This document shows positions 1-11,541 of a stretch of DNA of 64,000 bases, one piece after another (positions within the stretch are counted from its first letter, which is position 1; each line of letters starts with the position of its first letter). The notes under the pieces were generated by a model. The model did not search any database. It was given only the letters and a program-made list of their open reading frames with translations, and was not told the origin of the DNA. The DNA lies in the NCBI GenBank assembly GCA_038087875.1, contig CM075988.1:23066001-23130000 (forward strand). Direction: 5' to 3'. Made by a program: the position numbers and the translations under genes. Source of the stretch: Malacoraja senta (Eukaryota).

Positions 1-50
1 ACATAAATCTCTTCGAATGTACACATTTATAATTGTACCGTTCCTATTAG

Positions 51-371
51 ATTGCAGGATCTCCTGCCTACGCTTCAATGGATTACGAATATTCCACCCA
101 GCGTGTTGCATTGTCGCCACAAGACTTCTGTCCACCTTCGCACTTGGAACCTAAGTCCTTTTACCCGACTTCGGAAGAGTACTTCGCCCACCAACACTAC
201 AGCTGCACGTCAGCTATCTGCTCCATCTTTTCCTGCATGCCAGACAACATGGAGATGGGCTCGGTGTCTGAAAACGGGTCCTTCACAATCCCAGACTACA
301 GGGACTATTCATCGGGATTTCTCACAGAGGATCTCTGGAGGGGAACCCTAAGTGAATGTTTGGACTATTGA
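51..371 (+). CDS. POU2AF3: Last coding exon of a POU2AF3 (OCA-T2/COLCA2)-like POU class 2 coactivator
   Basis: Acceptor ttcctattag|ATT at 50/51. Reads IAGSPAYASMDYEYSTQRVALSPQDFCPPSHLEPKSFYP...HQHYSCTSAICSIFSC...TEDLWRGTLSECLDY*, which resembles the recalled C-terminus of human OCA-T2 (IPGSP...SLDYSYSP...HAQYSC...SICYCASC...DFYKRE). Convergent with POU2AF1, as in the human 11q23 cluster. Confidence 0.8.
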   Translation: MAGSPAYASMDYEYSTQRVALSPQDFCPPSHLEPKSFYPTSEEYFAHQHYSCTSAICSIFSCMPDNMEMGSVSENGSFTIPDYRDYSSGFLTEDLWRGTLSECLDY

Positions 372-659
372 AAAAATTATCAGGAATGTTTTGCAATCTT
401 CTTTCTTATGCGCCTGTAAATAATTTTAGTTGTGTTTAAATGTGAGTAATTCCTCTGAACAAGAATGTAAAACCAGTGTGGCCAAGCCATCCAGACCCAG
501 AGTAGTAGAATTACTGCTGCCTTAACTTTTCTTCATTCATTTTCTCTGTAACTTTTTTTCACGCTCCATCCAATTATAATGTATTTTTGCAAGGGGGTTA
601 GTACCATGTGCTGCTGCTCCCTATGTCTCCTGGTCGCATATTCTACCTTAGGTAGTTAA

Positions 660-1185
660 TTCGTTTGTTTAGTTTATTGTCACGGTACACAGCTACAGTG
701 AAAAGTTTTTATGTTGCATGCTAACCTGCCAGCATGATTATAATCGAGCCGTCCACAATGCACAGATACATGATAATGGGAATAACGTTTAATGCAAGAT
801 AAAACCCAGTAAAGTCTGATTAAAGATAGTCCCAGTGTTTCCAAAGAGGTAGATGATAGCTCGGGAGTCTGACCTAGTTGGTGATAGGATGGATCAATTG
901 TCTGATGTTAACTGGAAAGAAACTGTCCCTGAATCTGGAGGTATGCGTTTTCAAACTTCAGTGCCTCTTGCCTGATGGGAGAGGGGAGAAGATGACTAGG
1001 TTAGACTCATCCTTGATTTTGCCGGTGGTCTTGTGTGAAGTGTAGATGGAATTAATAGAAAGGAGGTTGTCCGGGCGGTGTGATGGTCCGGGCTGCGTCC
1101 ACAATTCTTTGTCATTTCTTGCGGTCTTGGATGGAGCTGTAGCCAAACCATGCAGTGATAAAATGCTTTCCACGGCACATCTGTC
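660..1185 (-). mobile_element. 3' fragment of a Rex1/Babar-like (CR1/L2-group) non-LTR retrotransposon
   Basis: Minus-strand FSPLPSGKR motif and aataaactaaac-type tail. Related pieces occur near 2030-2160, 36215-36290, 37225-37340 and 47255-47460. Boundaries approximate. Confidence 0.55.
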
Positions 1186-2683
1186 TGTGGTCACGGAAAT
1201 ATCAACACGTTGGATTCTGGAAACATTAGTTAAATACTTTTCAGCAGTAACTGATCTGTAAAACAGGGCACTGAGATGAAGAATAATAGCTACTCTGCTA
1301 ATATACAGGTCTTCCTAGCCTGTATGTTTTTACTAACCACTGGATAAACCTATTGAGCCACACAGATAAGGAGGATCCTTGCTAAGTCAGCTTGCCATTT
1401 ACTGTGAGCTTCGGGATATTTTAGTTTTGCTTTTGCGGGAACATGCTAACATTTGGGATGCTTTCTGCTTTTATTGTTAGTGAAGAGCATTTACATGTTA
1501 AATATGCAGCAGTCAGCAAATTCCACCATCCTAACAATGAATGCAACCAGTGATCTGAAAATCCATCCAATCGATGCACTAATAATCCCATTCCCGATTT
1601 CACGTGATAAATGTGGATGGAGAAGTGATTTGAATCACCACAGTTCATTCACTTGAAAGAACTACTCTTTCCTTATTTCAGAATTCATTCAACAGTTACT
1701 TGATTCCAATACCTTTTCTTTTCATAGAAATGTATTCTTATGATCAGGTGTGTGACATTTTTTATCTCGAACGTTGACTGCTGTTTGCCATGATTTTTAT
1801 CGCTTTGCCAAAGTTCACCCATTACTGTATGTTACCCTAAAGCAATCGGCGACTAATCATTTAATGCACACACTTCTGAAGCCACACCAACCAATTTTAA
1901 GATTATAATTTTAATGCAAGCTACTTAAATGTAATTTATGTTTTTTATACCTTTAAAAAATTGAACGACCATTTATTACAAAACATTTTCATCATTTTGT
2001 ATCTGAGAGAAGATTTAGATATTTTATTTCAGCTTACTATTGTCACGTGCACCAAGGTACGATGAAAAGCATTTTGTAGTGTGTTATCTAGTCAGCGAGT
2101 GAACCATACATGATTACAATCCAGCCATCCACAGTGCACAGATACAGGATACAGGATAGAGAAGGATTGTTACAAATGTGATTGCAGATTGGTTTGGTCA
2201 GAAGGACTACCACAAATATTGACGTGTGCAGTGAGGTCTACCCCCTTGCTCACCACCTAAACCAAGCTCAGGCCTCACCTGCCTTTAATCAGCTCAGCTT
2301 ACTCTTGGAAATGCAGTGCCCTGCTGAAGCTGCACATCATTGTTCTGACTTGCTTCCATCGTCTTGCTCCACTCTCATCGCTTGAGCTACTTTCCAGTGT
2401 TGCTTCTGTTTCCGTGGTGTTCCAGATTGGCATTGGAATGCTCGTTTTAACATTGTATCAGTTACGGAAATACAGCAACTCGATGATCAAAGACATTTTT
2501 TGGCTGTTATGTTTCCATTTGACTGACAACTACATATGAAATGTAAAGTTTGCATGCCGATACCAAGTACATATTATGCAAAGCTGATACGCAGTGATTG
2601 AATTCACTGCTCATGTATTGGTCACTGAACTAAAACTGCAATTAGCCAGCTCCAAATTGATTTCCAATGGCCTAATGTGAATG

Positions 2684-2777
2684 TAGACACAAAATGGTGG
2701 AGTAACTCAGCGGGACAGGCAGCATCTCTGGAGAGAAGGAATGGGTGACGTTTCGGGTCGAGACCCTTCTTCAGACT
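2684..2777 (-). mobile_element. Penelope-like element terminal fragment (one example of dozens in the window)
   Basis: Recurrent ctgaagaagggtctcgacccgaaacgtcacccattccttctctccagagatgctgcc unit. A close variant is attached to a GIY-YIG-like ORF end at 60290-60720. Confidence 0.65.
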
Positions 2778-3041
2778 AATGTGAATGATGGATAATGGAT
2801 TAGTTGACACTACCTGAGTGTGTAGCTCTAGATTGCTTTATTTATGTTATTTCTATTGCCTGTAGGTCAATAGGCTTGACATTCAATTTCCATTGAAGCA
2901 TGAGATGATGGTGATTTTATAATGATCGTTTCTATGAGATGTTCAAACTCTTGGATCATTCAAGTGAACATTGTAAAACCATGCACATCACGTGGAAAAA
3001 CAACTCACCAGGTTCATTTTGCTTTCGGAAGGAAAGAAAAA

Positions 3042-3480
3042 AATAAATCCTATTGATGCTTGAATGGTTAACCAAATTTCCATTGGTGAAGGGGGAACTA
3101 TCGCTTTCTTGCAACCAATCCCTTTTACACAGTTTAAAATTTCAGCTTTATTAAAATAGAAATGGCACCTTTCCATATTTTCCAGCTGTTTCTCGTGTGC
3201 TGGTCAGTGATTAGATTGTTTAATCTCACAGGGCAAAATAATGTGGGAATAGTTTTTATTCAAATTATTCTGAATTTATTTTTCCATTTAACTATATGTC
3301 ATTTGTTTTAACTGCCAAGAGAATATATTTTTCAGAATAAAATGTATTTTTTAAACCTTTTTACTTCATGTTGTATGAGTTTTATTCACAGGAATAAAAT
3401 TCTTACGCTTGCGCGGAACTGACGTACTACTGAGCCTATGTTTTGAAAAGATAAAATTTTTAATGAATTCAGAAAATAAA
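3042..3480 (+). terminator. Cluster of candidate polyadenylation signals for the POU2AF3-like gene
   Basis: AATAAA at 3042, 3336, 3393 and 3475 in AT-rich sequence about 3 kb after the stop. Which one is used cannot be seen. Confidence 0.35.
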
Positions 3481-3539
3481 AAATATATATAATCATATGC
3501 TATGCTTCAGTGATTAATCATACAAAAATGCATCTCTGT

Positions 3540-4445
3540 AGGACTTTGGTTAGGCGCAAATAGAGTATTGCATGCAGTTTTGGTTGCCCCATTACAGAAA
3601 AGATGTGGAGGCTTTGGAGAGGGTGCAGAGGAGGTTTACCAGAATGGTGCCTGGATTAGAGGGTTTTAGCCACAGGGAGAGGTTGGATAGACCTGGATTG
3701 TTTTCTCTGGAACATTGGAGGTTGAGGGCAGACACGAAATGCTGGAGTAACTCAGTGGGACAGGCAGCATCTCTGGAGAGAAGGAATGGGTGACGTTTCG
3801 GGTCGAGACCCTTCTTCAGACTGATATCAGGGGAGTGGTCGGGACAAAGATCGAATGTAGTTGGAGACAGTAAGACTGGTGGGGAAATGGGAAGGGGGAG
3901 GGGATGGAGAGAGAGGGGAAACAAGTGCTATTTGAAGGTCGAGAAGTCAATGTTCATACCGCTGGGGTGTAAGCTACCCAAATATGAGGTGCTGTTCCTC
4001 CAATTTGCGCTGGGCCTCACTCTGACAATGGAGGAGGCCCAGGACAGAAAGGTCCGATTGGGAATGGGAGGGGGTTAAATTGGAGGTTGAGGGGAGACTT
4101 GATAGAAGTATATGAAATTATGAGAAGCGTAGATAGGGTAGACAAGTCAGAACCTTTTTCCCAGGTGGAAATGTGCAACTTTAGAGCTATAACGTTAGAG
4201 GGGGGAAGTTTAATGGAGATGTGTGGGGCAAATGTTTTACACAGTGAGCAGTGTGGGCCTGGAACACATTGCCAGGGGTGGTGGTGGAGGCAGATACGAT
4301 AGTGGTGTTTAAGAGGCTTTTAGATAGACCCATGAAAGTGCAGAGAATGGTGGGTATATTGGAAATGTACAGGCAGATGAGATCAGTTTAACTTGGCATC
4401 ATGTTCGGCACAAACATCATGGGGCCATTCCTGTCCTGTACTGCT
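3540..4445 (+). mobile_element. CR1-type LINE 3' end, interrupted by a Penelope-like insertion (about 3728-4075)
   Basis: [28 protein letters not shown]...RLRGDLIEVY is the CR1 ORF2 C-terminus. The text ttggaggttgaggg occurs on both sides of the insert. Confidence 0.8.
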
Positions 4446-4448
4446 CAA

Positions 4449-5259
4449 TCTATCTATATATTACTGAAACGTATCTTGTTTATTTCTATGTGTGTTTGAG
4501 CGTGCGTGTCTGCTCGAATGATCCCGGAACTATGCTAAAGTTTTTGCACCATCTCTCCCACTATTGTCCTGTGGTGATTTGTGTCAAGTTTCGTTCAGAT
4601 TGATGTTATATTTCACAAGTTATTGACATTTAAAACTTTACAAAACCCCACTTTGAGAGCAATATGTTGTGGCAGTTGCTGGCAGATTCTGGCAGTTTGC
4701 AGCTATGACATCACAATGGGATCTCATTTACATAAGCTGCCATGAACAATGCTCCACCCAACAATGACATCACAATGGGATCTCATTTACATAAGCTGCC
4801 AATCGACAATGTTCCACCCAGTGCAATGAGAGATTTGTTACATTGTTGTTAGGAGAGGGAGGGAGTGGAGGAGGGGAGGAGAAGAAATGATAATTAAACA
4901 TTGTGTTTAATGGGGGAGTGCGATAGGGGACAGGTGAGAGAGGGAATGACTGAGGCGAGGGAAAAGGTGAGGGAGGGAGAGGTGAGGGCGGGAGTGGAGG
5001 AGGGGAGGAGAAGAGGGGAGAGAAGAGGGAGGGTGACAAGGAGGGGGGAGTGTATGAGCCGTGCCTGTGCAGTTGAGAGCTATGGGTGAGTGGCGGAATA
5101 TTGCTTTGGGGCAACGGGGTTACACTGGGGGAACGGGTGAGTAGTGGAAATGGGTTGCGTTGGGGAACGGGTGAGTGGTGGAATATTGCGTTGGGGAACG
5201 GGTGAGTGGTGGAATATTGCGTTGGGGGAACAGGGCCCAACGGCTCCCACATGGTCTAA
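4449..5259 (+). mobile_element. Non-autonomous Helitron with internal minisatellite
   Basis: 5' TCTA... start, 3' CTAA (CTRR) end followed by T, degenerate GC-rich subterminal hairpin, no TSD. Contains about 31-bp tandem repeats (ggggaacgggtgagtggtggaatattgcgtt). Confidence 0.6.
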
Positions 5260-5956
5260 TGTTCTATAAAAATCAAACAATTATAAAAATCAGATTAACT
5301 TTAAGACACAAAATTCACATCATGGAGAGTTCTCCATTGCATTTGCTGAGTATGGATCTGCTCCTTAATGGAGTTGCACAATTAGATCCACTCCTCACAT
5401 TTACCTCCATCACCCTGCAAAGGTGTTGTTACAATTGTACAAGTCATTGGTGAGAATGCACTTGGATTAGAGTGTGCCATTCTGCTTATCCAGCTTGAGC
5501 AATGATGTGTAGGAAGGAACTGCAGATGCTGGTTTACGCTGAAGATCGACACAATGTGCCGGAGTAACTCAGCAGGTCAGGCAGCATCTCGGGAGAAAAC
5601 GAATCGGTAATATTTTGGGTTAAGACCCTTCACCTTCTCCACAGCCAACAATGGACCATGATCTTCGTTGCTGGCTTTGATTTTTTCCTTTTGCATACCT
5701 TTCACTCATTTGTTCTTTGTACTTCTTCGTGCCTTCAGAATGAAGAAGGGTCTCAACCCGAAATGTCACCTATTCCTTCACTGTATAGGTGCTGCTTGAT
5801 GGAGAGCTTGGATGACTTCTCTGCTGCTGCAGTGAGCAGTATATTGAGAATGAGCATGAATTTCTAGCTGCCACCTGGAATGATCTCCAAGGAGAGGGCA
5901 ACCCAAGTGTCTTTATGGAGGATGTCAGGTAACTCTATGATGAATTCCTACGGCTA

Positions 5957-5993
5957 TGAATGAATGAATGAATGAATGAATGAATGAATGAAT
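5957..5993. repeat. (GAAT)n microsatellite, probably the tail of a minus-strand retroelement fragment (about 5995-6210)
   Basis: Read directly. An inverted copy of the adjacent element ends near 8895. Confidence 0.85.
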
Positions 5994-8117
5994 ACTTTAT
6001 TGTCATATGTGACAGGTCACAGTGAAATTCTGAAGACCCAAGGTATGCAAATAGTCGCCACATAAGGGCTCTGACAAAGTTACAAAGTATACACAGTATC
6101 TGCGCCAGGCAGATCTCCGCTCCCCCCCACGATGCCCCCCCCCCCTCCCACGATGTTCCTTCCCTCCCTAAGGCTATGCCTTTGTCCCCTCCCTCAAGGC
6201 CTCTGACACTCCCTGTTCAGTGCTTTAAAAATAGTGCTATATCATTTGAATTCAAATGTTCTGGAGTCTTAGTCAAGAGACTGAGAGACTGTATTCAAGT
6301 CCTAGTTTCAGAATTGGGATAAAGGATTATGGTGAGCTGGCATCAACAAAGATGAATGTCACCCTCAGAGTGTTTTGGGATTTTCACTGATGGGCTGAAG
6401 AGTGTTTTGGGATTTTCTGATTGTTTTTCGAGATACAGCGTAGAAACAGGCCCCTCAGCCCATCGAGTCTGTGCTGACCAATGATCACCGTACACCAGTT
6501 CTACACACAAGGGAGAAATTATAGAAGGCAATTAACCAACAAACCTGCACGCCTTTAGTGTGTGGGAGGAACCCAATGCTCCCATAGAAAACCCACACGG
6601 TCACAGGGAGAACGTACAAACTCCACACAGACAGCACCCGTAGACAGGATCAATCTCGGGTCTCTGGCGCTGTAAGGCTGCAATTCTACCGCTGTGCCGC
6701 TATTAAGTTTAGTATTTTTGGTTTTGGTTTCGAGATACAATGTAGAAACAGGTCCTTCGGCCCGCCGAGTCCATGCCGATTTACGATTCACCCGTACTCG
6801 CCTGTTTCTATGTTATCCCTGTCTCACATCCAACATACTAGGAGCAATTTACAGAAGCCAATTAATCTACAAACCTGCACATCTTTGGAATGTGGGAGGA
6901 AACCAGCGCCCCTGGAGATAGCACCCGTAGTCAGGATCGAACCTGCGTCACTGTGAAAGATAATCTGCAAATACTTGTTTTGAAGCTTCTAAAGCTTGGT
7001 TGCGTTGATATAACCTGTGGCATTTAAGACGGCAGCAGGTCGGCAACATTCCGCAAGTGTGGCGCACCTGGAATTAATGTTTGCTTCAAAGCATTGCCAA
7101 GCTAATTACCATCTCTTGACCTCCAACTGGTGCTGAGAAACGAACAGCTTCCAGGCATTTTCTGCTTCAAAGGGGAGCTTTAAGATGTTTGTGCGATTTG
7201 GGAGAGCCTGCGGATCTAATCTTTTGGGACTTGCCGACAAATGTGGAATTGGAAAGTTGTGCAGTATAGAACTGGCTCTTTAACCCGTCTCGTCGTTGTT
7301 GATCGTTCACCAACACTAATCCCATTTGCTCGCATTAAGTTCTGCTTTCTATGCCTTGACTACTTAAGTCCCTGTCTAAATATCTTTTGAACGTAATGAT
7401 TGAATCAGACTCCACCACCTCCTCAGGCAGCAAGTTCCAAATATTAACCACTCTTTGTGTAAAAAACTTTCCCCTCAACTCCCCTTTAAAACTTCTCCCT
7501 ATCGTCTTAAACCGGTGTCTTCTTGATTTTGATACACCTACCACTGACAAAGACATTGTGACTATCTGAAGGGTTTCGACACGAAACGTCACCCATTCCT
7601 TCCCTCCAGAGATGCTGCCTGTCCCGCCGAGTTACTCCAGCTTTTTGTGTATCTTCAGTTTAAACCAGCATCTGCAGTTACTTCCCAAAATTGTGACTCT
7701 CTGTTCCTATCTATGCTCCGTTTTAAATTATATAAACACAAATGATTTATGTTTGCATTAGGTGAACTCTAAGCCTCGCAAACACGTGCCTCAAAGCTAA
7801 GTGTGTCGGATTAATTCATTTTTATGATCAGGCAATTAAACGATGGAAACAATGGAGAAATGTTTTTTTTGTTCTGACATGGATTGAAGTTTGTAAGACA
7901 TTCCAAGAGTGATGGGGACATCCAACGCAAGCAGGGAGTGCCTCTAGGCAGCAAATATTTAATGGCCCCATTTACAAAAGCAGAACATGCGTAGGAAGGA
8001 ACTCCAGATGCTGGTTTAAACCGAAGATAGACACAAAATGCTGGAGTAACTCAACGGGACAGGCAGCATCTCTGGAGAGAAGGAATGGGTGACGTTTCGG
8101 GTCTTGGTTTCTCTCAA

Positions 8118-8390
8118 GGGCGGCAAGGTGGCGCAGCGGTAGAGTTGCTGCCTTGCAGCGCTGGAGACCTAGGTTCGATCCCGACTACGGGTCTGTACGG
8201 AGTTTGTACGTTCTCCCCGTGGCCTCCGTGGGTTTTCTCCGAGGTCTTCGGTTTCCTCCCACAATCCAAAGACGTACAGGTATGTAGGTAAATTGGCTTG
8301 GTATAAATGTAAAATTGTCCCTAATGTGTGTAGGATACTGCTAATGTGCGGGGTTCGGCTCGGTGGGCCGAAGGGTAAGTATAAACTAAA
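8118..8390 (+). mobile_element. tRNA-derived V-SINE (HE1-like); representative copy
   Basis: A box (tggcgcagcgg), B box (ggttcgatcc), V-domain-like core (gtttgtacgttctccccgtg...ggtttcctcccaca) and aacta tail. Other copies near 6410-6700, 12815-13105, 13860-14110, 17515-17820, 20935-21210, 36920-37215, 38270-38680, 41320-41615, 47585-48180, 52860-53160 and 60955-61262. Confidence 0.8.
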
Positions 8391-9027
8391 AGATGCTGCC
8401 TGTCCCGCTGAGTTACTCCAGCTATTTGTGTCCAAAAACCAGAACATGTTACTTCATTAAAATCATTAACCTATTTGCCAAGTCAATAGGCTTTGTTCAA
8501 TCCGTACATATATTCTCCATCCCATTTCAATGAGTATTCGCTAAGATGCCGAGCCTGGACCCGAGCGGGTCGGAGGTGGGTCACGGAGATGTCCGGAGAG
8601 GACCCGGCGGCGAAAGTGGAGAGGTTGGTGTGGCGGTCAATGATGGCGCCGACCGATAGATGAGGACGGCCTCGCGGAAGTGAGGACGCCGTTGCCGGGG
8701 GGAAGACCAATGGAGAACCCAGCATGTGGGGGGGGGGGGACTACCGTGAGGAGCGGGAGGGGTGGAGAACAAAGGGGGTTCTAGCGCAGGGGTACTTTGT
8801 AACTTTGTTAGTGCCCTTTATGGGCGACTATTTGCATACCTTGGGCATGTAAATAAAGAATTTCACTGTGACTTGTCACATGTGACAATAAAGTTCAATA
8901 TAGAAACTCAGGTTTCCGATAATAAATAGTTGGACACCTGATAATCCTTGATAGGGATTAAGGATCAACGGTCAGCAGCCTCACCCAGTGACATTGCAAG
9001 TTCCTGGTTGCAATCTTTCCCTTCAAT

Positions 9028-9390
9028 AGACAATAGACAATAGACAATAGGTGCAGGAGTAAGCCATTCGGCCCTTCGATGTGATCTTGGCTGATCACCC
9101 CCAATCAGTACCCCGTTCCTGCCTTCTCCCCATATCCCCTGACTCTGCTATCCTTAAGAGCCCTATCTAGCTCTCTCTTGAAAGCATCCAGAGAACCTGC
9201 CTCCACCTGAGGCAGAGAATTCCACAGACTCACCACTCTCTGTGGGAAAAAGTGTTTCCTCGTCTCCGTTCTAAATGGCTTACTCCTTATTCTTAAACTG
9301 TGGCCCCTGGTTCTGGACTCCCCCAACATCGGGAACATGTTTCCTGCCTCTAGCGTGTCCAAGCCCTTAACAATCTTATCAATATGTTTC
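9028..9390 (-). mobile_element. Young CR1-type LINE 3' fragment
   Basis: [28 protein letters not shown]...[10 protein letters not shown] with a (ctattgt)n tail. Near-identical copies at 20110-20510, 21918-22210, 26630-27110 and 45435-45700. Confidence 0.85.
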
Positions 9391-11007
9391 ATACGGGAGC
9401 AGCTCAGTTAATGTCCATCGGTTTCAGAGACAATGTCTGTTCCAGGTTTTCAAGCACACTGCCTATGTTTCTAGTCAGCTTGTAACCTACAATGAACTCT
9501 CATTAATCCAGTATTTATACATCCAGAATTCTCACGCAAACAGCAGACATTTTCTAAGAGCAGTAAGTAACTTTATGCATAAAAGTCTATGCATGACCTA
9601 GATAAGATTGTTTTGTTTTTATGAAAATAATCTCGAACAGTGAATTTTATTTATTTCATGTGTTATGCAAAACAGGTGTGAAAATACATTTTTGGTTTAT
9701 ATACATCAGGGCAGTGCAGTTGCTGGCTGAATAGCAACAAACATCCTCTTTGAAGTTTTGACACTTCACAACATACTTCATTTGAACTGTGTTACTTGGG
9801 CTGTGGTTTACATTGATACTGTTTAGCCCTAAAATATAAAATTGCGATGTAAAACATTGTTATTTAAAAGGGTAAGGAGATGAATAGTTTGGCAATTTAT
9901 TTAAAGATGTAATATAAATATATTAGTCATAGACTCATAGATTCGTAGAATTGTACAATAGAGGAACAGGCCATTGGCAGTCTGAAGAAGATTCTCGACC
10001 CAAAACGTCACCTATTCCTTATCTTCAGTGATGCTGTCTGACCCGCTGAGTTACTCCAGCTTTTTGTGTCTATCTTCAGTTTAAACCAGCATCTGCAGTT
10101 CCTTCCGACACATTGGCCCAACCTGCATATGCAGACCAAGATGCCCCATCTAAGCTTGTCCCATTTGCCCATATTGAGCTTATCTCCCTCCAAACCTTTC
10201 CTATCTATGGCTAGTCCAATTTTCCCGTGTTTGGCCCATAATCCCACTAAACCTTTCCTATTCAGGTACCTGTCCAAGTGTCTTTTGAATACTGTTATAG
10301 TACTTGCCTCAACTACCTCTTCTGACAGCTCTTTCTATATTGTCAATCCATATAATATCTAATATAAAAATATTAATTAAGAGATACCTTATATAAAAAT
10401 ATTTAATAAATTGCTAATATATGATATTATTATATATCCCATCATCCTCCGACGTCCGTTTTAAATGATGGATCTTAATTTTCTATCCATAAAATACTCA
10501 CCTCTTGAGCAAAACACAAAGTGCTGCAGTAACTCAGCAGATCAGGTAGCATCTATGGAGATAATGACCTGTCCACTCCCTCCCTGATTTGCTGAATTAC
10601 TCCAGCACATTGTGTTTTGTTGAAGATTCCTTCACCAGCAGTTCCTTATGTCTCCATTTTATTGCTCACTTCTTAGTCTAAAACCAGGGACTAAGAGCAG
10701 AAAATGTTGGTGGTGCTCAGCAGGTCAAAGAAATCTGCAGACGGTGAGGAAAGAGTTAATGTTTCAGGGAAGTAAGACACAAAAAAGCTGGAGTAACTCA
10801 GCTCAGGGACAGGCAGCATCTCTGGAGAGAAGGAATGGGTGACGTTTCGGGTCGAGACCCTTCTTCAGCCCAGTTAGGGATTTGGGAAACGAGAGACATA
10901 GACAATGATGTAGAGAGATTTAAAAAAACAATGAATGAAAGATATGCAAAAAGTAACGATGATAAAGGACACAGGCCATTGTTAGCTATTTGTTGGGTGA
11001 AAGCGAG

Positions 11008-11541
11008 AAACATAGACATAGAAACATAGAAAGTAGATGCAGGAGGAGGCCATTCGGCCCTTCGAGCCAGCACAGCCATTCATTGCGATCATGGCTGATC
11101 GTACCCAATCAATAACCCGTGCCTGCCTTCTCCCCATATCCCTTAATTTCACTAGCCCCTAGAGCTCTATCTAACTCTCTTAAATCCATCCAGTGACTTG
11201 GCCTCCACTGCCCTCTGTGGCAGGGAATTCCACAAATTCACAACTCTCTGAGTGAAATCGTCTTTTCTCATCTCAGTCTTAAATGACCTCCCCTTTATTC
11301 TATGACTGTGGCCCCTGGTTCTGGACTCGCCCAATATTGGGCACATTTTTCCTGCATCTAGCTTGTCCAGTCCTTTTATAATTTTATATGTTTCTATAAG
11401 ATCCCCCCTCGTCCTTCTAAACTCCAGTGAATACAAGCCTTGTCTTTTCAATCTTTCCTCATATGACAGTCCCGCCATCCGAGGGATCAATCTCGTGAAC
11501 CTACGCTGCACTGCCTCAATCACAAGGATGTCCTTCCTCAA
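11008..11541 (-). mobile_element. CR1-type LINE 3' fragment
   Basis: The 124-aa ORF ([12 protein letters not shown]...[10 protein letters not shown]...[10 protein letters not shown]) is the CR1 ORF2 C-terminus. Confidence 0.85.

Noticed and set aside
52..351. 99-aa ORF overlapping the POU2AF3-like exon
   Set aside because: Alternative frame. Only the frame starting at 51 (ORF 78-371) resembles OCA-T2.
4770..5252. 160-aa Pro/Ser-rich ORF
   Set aside because: Low-complexity translation of purine-rich and minisatellite sequence inside a Helitron.
7020..7990. Unique intergenic stretches that might be conserved enhancers
   Set aside because: Cannot be supported without cross-species alignment or chromatin data.
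8118..8190. tRNA-like A and B boxes
   Set aside because: They are SINE heads and continue into the V-domain body; no full cloverleaf is evident.
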